Virus record (IMG/VR): IMGVR_UViG_3300021518_000005
Span: 19,228-83,227 of that record
DNA: 64,000 nt
DNA from: a virus
Reading direction: 5' to 3' (one strand)
The notes under the pieces are model-generated. The model saw nothing but the letters and a program-made list of their open reading frames with translations, had not been told where the DNA came from and ran no database searches. Both the position numbers and the translations under genes were made by a program. This document shows positions 58,969-64,000 of the stretch, in pieces. Position 1 is the first letter of the stretch. The number at the start of each line of letters is the position of its first letter.

Positions 58969-59697
58969 ATGTCCAACGAAACAGAACAGACTCAGCCAGA
59001 GCAGGACTCTGGTGCCGAGCGCGCAAGCACAACTCAGGAAGTTGTATCAACGCCAGAAACATCAACGGACTCGCCAGCCACCAATGCACTTGAATCCCGT
59101 CTTACCGAGCTTGAAGCCGAGCGCACACGCTTGCAAAAAGATCTGGAATCTACGCGGCGTGAAGCGGCAAAGCATCGCACCGAGGGCAACAAGCAAGCCG
59201 AGCAATTGACACAGCTTACCAAAGCGGTAGCGGTTGCACTAGGTTTGCAGGCCGAAGCGCAGCCACCCGATCCGGCAAAGCTTCAGCAAGAAGTAGCAGA
59301 TTTACGTGGTAGGTATCGCACCGAGCGCATCAGGAATGCGTATCAGGCATCAATTCACGAAGAGCAAGCCGATCCAGAGCTGACATGGGCGTATCTCACG
59401 GTAAAAGGCCAATTAGACGACCTAAATACGGATGATGATACGTTTGCTGCCGAAGTTCGAGAGCGTATTCGTGAAGCGGTAAAGAATCAGCCACGTCTCA
59501 AAGTTACTCCTACTGTGGTGGAAGTGCCGAAAGTTGACACAAAAACAGTAGACGTGCCGACTGTAACAAAAAGCGGGGCGGAACTCCAAAGGGCTGGCAG
59601 CGAGCAAGTGCTTACTCTTGATGCAATTAAAACATGGACGCCCGATCAAATCAATGCACATTGGAAAGAGATCGCGGCACTACTGAGTAAAAGCTAA
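58969..59697 (+). CDS. capsid scaffolding protein
   Basis: acidic N-terminus, coiled coil, R.EAAKHR; position before the capsid gene. Confidence 0.8.
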   Translation: MSNETEQTQPEQDSGAERASTTQEVVSTPETSTDSPATNALESRLTELEAERTRLQKDLESTRREAAKHRTEGNKQAEQLTQLTKAVAVALGLQAEAQPPDPAKLQQEVADLRGRYRTERIRNAYQASIHEEQADPELTWAYLTVKGQLDDLNTDDDTFAAEVRERIREAVKNQPRLKVTPTVVEVPKVDTKTVDVPTVTKSGAELQRAGSEQVLTLDAIKTWTPDQINAHWKEIAALLSKS

Positions 59698-59729
59698 TTT
59701 GAATATGATGTGAGGATGGTGATCCGTTT

Positions 59730-60617
59730 TTGGCATTGACAAAGTTCCAGCCGGACATCTGGGGCGCACGACTCCTAAACGCGATGCGGAATCAGCTCGT
59801 GTATGCGCAGACAGGTGTAGTTAATCGCGATTTCGAGGGGGATGTTAGGAATGTGGGCGACACCGTACACATTATCAGCATTTCCGAAGTGACCATTGGT
59901 GATTACACCAAGAATACGACCATTAATGCTCCTTCGGCGCTTACAGATGCCGAGCGTACATTGGTTGTCGATCAGGCGCATTATTTCAACTTCTCCATTG
60001 ATGATATTGATCGGTTGCAAGGTCGCCCTGATCTGATGGATGAGGCTATGAATAGTGCGGCGTTTGGTTTGCGCAACAAGGCCGATGCGTATATTGCAAG
60101 TCTGCATACGGGTGTTGCAGCGGGCAATACCCTTGGCGACGATACAGACCCTCTAGAGATTGATGACGACGAGGAAGGCTACAAGACTGTGTACAACACA
60201 CTTGTTGACTTGTCGGTCAAGTTGGATGAAAGCAATACGCCTGGTGTCGGGCGGTGGGTTGTTGTGCCGCCGTTTATCCATGGCGTTCTTCGCAAGGACA
60301 ATCGGTTCATTGCCACGGGCGCGGCCTCTGATAATGGCGTGAAGTACAATAGCATGATCGGTGAGATTGCTGGTTTCCGCGTGCTTGTCAGCAACAATGT
60401 CCCTAAGACTGCTGGTACGGGCGGGAATCCTGACAACAAGTACAAGATCATTGCAGGGCACGCTTCGGCCATTAGTTATGCCGAGCAGATCATGAAGATG
60501 GAAGCGTATCGCCCGGATGATTTGTTTGCCGATGCGCTAAAGGGTTTGTTTGTGTACGGCGCGAAACTCATTCGCCCGGCACAAATTGCTGTTGCCACAA
60601 TGAATCGCCCCGCGTAA
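59730..60617 (+). CDS. major capsid protein
   Basis: F.P.IW, NRDFEG, GDTVHI, G.IAGF.V..SNN, GLFVYGAK. Confidence 0.92.
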   Translation: MALTKFQPDIWGARLLNAMRNQLVYAQTGVVNRDFEGDVRNVGDTVHIISISEVTIGDYTKNTTINAPSALTDAERTLVVDQAHYFNFSIDDIDRLQGRPDLMDEAMNSAAFGLRNKADAYIASLHTGVAAGNTLGDDTDPLEIDDDEEGYKTVYNTLVDLSVKLDESNTPGVGRWVVVPPFIHGVLRKDNRFIATGAASDNGVKYNSMIGEIAGFRVLVSNNVPKTAGTGGNPDNKYKIIAGHASAISYAEQIMKMEAYRPDDLFADALKGLFVYGAKLIRPAQIAVATMNRPA

Positions 60618-60681
60618 TAATTCCCCTTATGATGAACGGGCAGTTCCTTCAATTGCCCGTTCATTCCTCTCAAAAAAACAT

Positions 60682-60921
60682 ATGGGATGGTACAAAAACA
60701 AAACGACCGGCCTGATTTTCGAGATTGACGATGGCGATGTAGCACTTAAGAACAAAGATCTTGAGCCGATTGAATCGCCGATTGTTGATGCTGTAGATAC
60801 AGTGCCTACAGAAGTGTCTGAGCAGACTGTGGTAATTGATCAGGATACAACCTCTGTCGAGCAGCCTGAGCAGGCTGAGAAGCCCGTACAACGCGCCACA
60901 CGCGCCCGTAAAGAATCCTGA
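60682..60921 (+). CDS. small head-associated protein
   Basis: position after the capsid gene. Confidence 0.5.
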   Translation: MGWYKNKTTGLIFEIDDGDVALKNKDLEPIESPIVDAVDTVPTEVSEQTVVIDQDTTSVEQPEQAEKPVQRATRARKES

Positions 60922-61259
60922 TGGCTTACGCAACACTGGCACAATTACAAACGTATGTTGGTGATGCGGTGGCATTGCCTGATGGTGCTAGTCGCCTGTT
61001 AGAGCGTGCCAGCGAGTTGATTGATTACGTGTCACTTGACAGGGCCAAGGACATGGCAACATCAACACATGTTGTCAATGCCGTGTGTGCGCAGGTCGAA
61101 TTTTGGATTCACACGGATGAGAGCCATGCCGTTCTTGCGCCATCCGGCAGTTTGAGTATTGGTAGTGTCTCCATGAGTAATCAGCCCGGACAATTAGCAC
61201 CAAGAGCCAAGCGCTATTTGTTATTGGCGAATCTTCTGAATCGTGGAGTTCGCGCATGA
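60921..61259 (+). CDS. head-tail adaptor
   Basis: MAYAT, LL.RAS..ID, AVCAQVE, L...LL.RG. Confidence 0.8.
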   Translation: MAYATLAQLQTYVGDAVALPDGASRLLERASELIDYVSLDRAKDMATSTHVVNAVCAQVEFWIHTDESHAVLAPSGSLSIGSVSMSNQPGQLAPRAKRYLLLANLLNRGVRA

Positions 61260-61573
61260 AGCTTCCGCGTTATCTACTACCTCATATTGTGCGTATCGAG
61301 CCGCTGATCGGGAATACGGCCTTTGGCGATATTTACGGTGAGCCGGTTGATATTCCGGGGCGGGTAGAGTTGACACAGCGATTGATAAAAAATGCAGAAG
61401 GCCGCGATGTCGTGGTGACGGCAAAGGTGCTTGTTAATGAAACACCTGGATTGGTGCTTGCCACACAAGCGCGCTTGACGCACAAAGGCCAGATTTTTAC
61501 CATTGAGGCCATTAATTATTACAGCGAACTCAATGCATCGTTGCGCTATTGTGAATTGTGGTTAAGCCCATGA
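61256..61573 (+). CDS. head closure protein
   Basis: position, size, G..YG motif. Confidence 0.7.
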   Translation: MKLPRYLLPHIVRIEPLIGNTAFGDIYGEPVDIPGRVELTQRLIKNAEGRDVVVTAKVLVNETPGLVLATQARLTHKGQIFTIEAINYYSELNASLRYCELWLSP

Positions 61574-61914
61574 GCGTACAACATAAATGGTTTGGGCGCA
61601 GAATATCACAACAGGTCATGGCGGTTCGTAAGCAAGTCATGTACGACGCGGGCGAAAATATCCTGGAAGAAGCCAATCGTACTATCCCGCATGATGAAGG
61701 CGTGATGCAGGATAGTGGCTCAGTGAGTATTGCATCTGATGGTAGCGAAGCTGCTATTTATTACGATACACCGTACACTGTACGTCAACACGAGGATACG
61801 TCCTTGCGGCATCCAAACGGGCGGCGCGCAAAATGGCTTGAGTTGACACTGCAAGAACGTGGCTCTACGGTAGTGCAATGGATTGCAACTGAGTATAAGC
61901 GGTTGATGTCGTGA
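61570..61914 (+). CDS. neck / tail completion protein
   Basis: P.D.G....S, YDTPY..RQHE, AKWLE. Confidence 0.75.
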   Translation: MSVQHKWFGRRISQQVMAVRKQVMYDAGENILEEANRTIPHDEGVMQDSGSVSIASDGSEAAIYYDTPYTVRQHEDTSLRHPNGRRAKWLELTLQERGSTVVQWIATEYKRLMS

Positions 61915-62324
61915 TTACACTTGCGATTGCACAATACCTGCATCATCGCGGCTTAGTCGTGTATCGCCCAACAAGTGCGGGCGGCGATACATTTATTGCC
62001 GATGTGCCTGCACAGCCTGATAGGATTGTGGTTATTACGCCCACAGGCGGGCCGCAATCAAGTGGAACACTTGGATATGATACACGAACGTTTCAAATCC
62101 GATTACGAGAGGCACGGGGGAAACTTGCTGATCTCATGGCGCGTGCTGATGGCGTGTACGCTGCTCTTCATGGCCTACATCATACTGATCTATCGGGTAC
62201 ATGGGTTATTGGGGTTGTAGCATTGAATGCGCCCGTTTCTATTGGCACAGATGCATTATATCGACCGGAAGTAACTATTAATTTTCAAATTGAATACCGA
62301 GCGTTGACAACACATAGAGAGTAA
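61911..62324 (+). CDS. tail terminator protein
   Basis: P..PD, FQIR.R, D...R.....NF. Confidence 0.75.
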   Translation: MITLAIAQYLHHRGLVVYRPTSAGGDTFIADVPAQPDRIVVITPTGGPQSSGTLGYDTRTFQIRLREARGKLADLMARADGVYAALHGLHHTDLSGTWVIGVVALNAPVSIGTDALYRPEVTINFQIEYRALTTHRE

Positions 62325-62347
62325 TACATAGAGGAGCGTGATTCGAC

Positions 62348-63040
62348 GTGGCCGTTACGAAGGTACTTGCACGCGGTTGGACATTTGAGGTTGACAAGGT
62401 TGGAACCTGGGTTCCCATTAAGGGCATTAACAGCTTTAGCCCGTCGCCTGAGGCGAACACGGCTGACACCACTGATTTTGATAGCGCGGGCTGGAATGAA
62501 AACATGGTCGCATCTCGTGGCCTGAGCGTGTCGCTTGAGGGTCTGTATCTTGAAGATGTTGCAAATGGCGATCAGGACGAAGGCCAAGAGCATGTTGAGT
62601 ATCTTGGCACGCTGATTGGGCCTGCCAGTGTTGGCAAGTTTCGTATGACCTCGCCCGGTGGTCGCACCAAGGTATTTTTTGCTACAGCGAATGTTACGAG
62701 TGGTGGAGGCGGCAATGACGATCCTGCTGCGTGGAGTGCTGAACTCACCGTAACCGGCCAGCCGCTTGACAGCACGGCCACACTTGTAACGATTACGGTG
62801 CTTCCGGATGCGCCTACCGCCGATCTCTCGGATGGTAATCAGCAGTTCACGGCCATTGGCGTGTACAGCAGTGGACAGAGCCGCGATATTACGGCGCTTG
62901 TTACCTGGACATCGAGCACGGCAGCAACGGCTACTATTGCCCCTGGCGGCTTGGCTACGCTTGTAGCTGTTGGTACCAGCACGATCACTGCAACACTGAG
63001 CAGCATTAGTGATACAAGTCTGCTGACTGTCACAACTTAA
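62348..63040 (+). CDS. major tail tube protein with C-terminal Ig-like domain
   Basis: DTTDFDS.GW.E; QFTA.G.YS.G...DIT..VTW.SS (Big_2-like). Confidence 0.88.
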   Translation: MAVTKVLARGWTFEVDKVGTWVPIKGINSFSPSPEANTADTTDFDSAGWNENMVASRGLSVSLEGLYLEDVANGDQDEGQEHVEYLGTLIGPASVGKFRMTSPGGRTKVFFATANVTSGGGGNDDPAAWSAELTVTGQPLDSTATLVTITVLPDAPTADLSDGNQQFTAIGVYSSGQSRDITALVTWTSSTAATATIAPGGLATLVAVGTSTITATLSSISDTSLLTVTT

Positions 63041-63145
63041 TCTTCTTCCGACTCGCCCTTACATTGCATTGGCCGTGCAATGGACATGTGTAGCCCTGGC
63101 ACGGGCGAGTCGATTTCCACAGGGTTACACAACAGGGAATACATC

Positions 63146-63553
63146 ATGTCTGAGACAATCTATTTCGGCACGCAAGCCGACGAACCAAAGCACAAAAATC
63201 TTCAAGATTTTGATCAATTTTGGTCTGAGAAGAATACCGAGGGCTATCCATTTCGGCTCTTTGGGGAAGATCATATCCTGCCTGCTGGCATTCCTGCTGG
63301 TATCGTGTTGCGCATTATGCGATTGCGCGCTGAAGGTAAAGAGGATGTGCCAGACTCTGAAGTCGTTGCTATGGCGGAGAGTGTATTTGGGCGCGACAAG
63401 CTTGACTATTGGTGCTCGAAAGGTATGACCATTGATCAGATGGGCGATCTGATTAGTTGGGCATTGGAGCACTATCAGGCGCAGCGCCCTTTGGATCAAG
63501 TGGAGGATCGCAAGAGTCGGCGCGCAGTGGCGCAACGCGGGCGGCAACGATAG
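63146..63553 (+). CDS. tail assembly chaperone (G)
   Basis: between tail tube and tape measure genes. Confidence 0.75.
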   Translation: MSETIYFGTQADEPKHKNLQDFDQFWSEKNTEGYPFRLFGEDHILPAGIPAGIVLRIMRLRAEGKEDVPDSEVVAMAESVFGRDKLDYWCSKGMTIDQMGDLISWALEHYQAQRPLDQVEDRKSRRAVAQRGRQR

Positions 63554-63792
63554 ATATTCTTGCGGATTGGTCGCTGATTGAATGTGACTTCCTTCGAGAG
63601 TATCGATTGTCTTTAGTGTCAGTACTTGACAGTTTGACGTGGCGACAATTCCTCGTGTTACTATCCGGTCTCTCTGTCGATTCAATGGTTGTGGCGTTGC
63701 TCCGATCACGAACACCAACGAATAGGCCTGGTGAGCGCATGATTACTGATCCTGCTGCTGCCGAACGACATGTGTTCAATATGTTTAAGTAA
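63487..63792 (+). CDS. tail assembly chaperone -1 frameshift extension (GT)
   Basis: slippery heptamer C CCT TTG at 63487-63493 in frame; -1 frame DW..IE.DF..EY...L.WRQF..LL.GL. Confidence 0.75.
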   Translation, partial: PFGSSGGSQESARSGATRAATIDILADWSLIECDFLREYRLSLVSVLDSLTWRQFLVLLSGLSVDSMVVALLRSRTPTNRPGERMITDPAAAERHVFNMFK

Positions 63793-63809
63793 AGATTAGG
63801 TGTTGCGTT

Positions 63810-64000
63810 GTGGCCTTGCAGGTCGGTGAACTATTCGCAAAACTCCGACTAGACGATAGCGAATTTAACAGCAAGCTATCCAGTGCAGAAGGCCGGTTCA
63901 ACAGCGCAGCGGGCGCGATGGGCAATGCCACCGGCTTTCTAAGCAACATGCTTAGCACGGCTGGTGGCTTTGTTGTGGGCGGGATTATTGAGAATCTTGC
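63810..64000 (+). CDS. tape measure protein (5' part, truncated by the window)
   Basis: MALQVGELFAKLRLDDSEF... typical tape measure N-terminus. Confidence 0.8.
   Translation, partial: MALQVGELFAKLRLDDSEFNSKLSSAEGRFNSAAGAMGNATGFLSNMLSTAGGFVVGGIIENL

Overview
Part of a temperate siphovirus-type phage genome in attP (unintegrated) configuration. The host is probably a filamentous Chloroflexota; this is inference from gene style only. The window holds early accessory cassettes, a beta clamp, a tyrosine integrase with a tRNA-Gly attP, and nucleotide-metabolism genes (NrdJ split by a group I intron and an intein, ThyX, dCMP deaminase). It also holds replication genes and the packaging, head and start-of-tail module. 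Four things stand out. (1) A TnpB-derived RuvC nuclease is followed by a mini CRISPR array, with an anti-repeat embedded in its own 3' end and a spacer that reads like a serine-recombinase gene. (2) A 90-nt tmRNA-like RNA has only the tRNA-like domain and lies in an ncRNA cluster with an atypical tRNA. (3) A TraB/Spd-like FtsK module carries a dense CAAGT/ACTTG repeat field. (4) Twenty copies of one promoter contain the palindrome TCTTACC-N5-GGTAAGA and precede early genes, head genes, the ncRNAs, the intron endonuclease and the CRISPR effector. All calls come from reading motifs by eye; no database searches were run.
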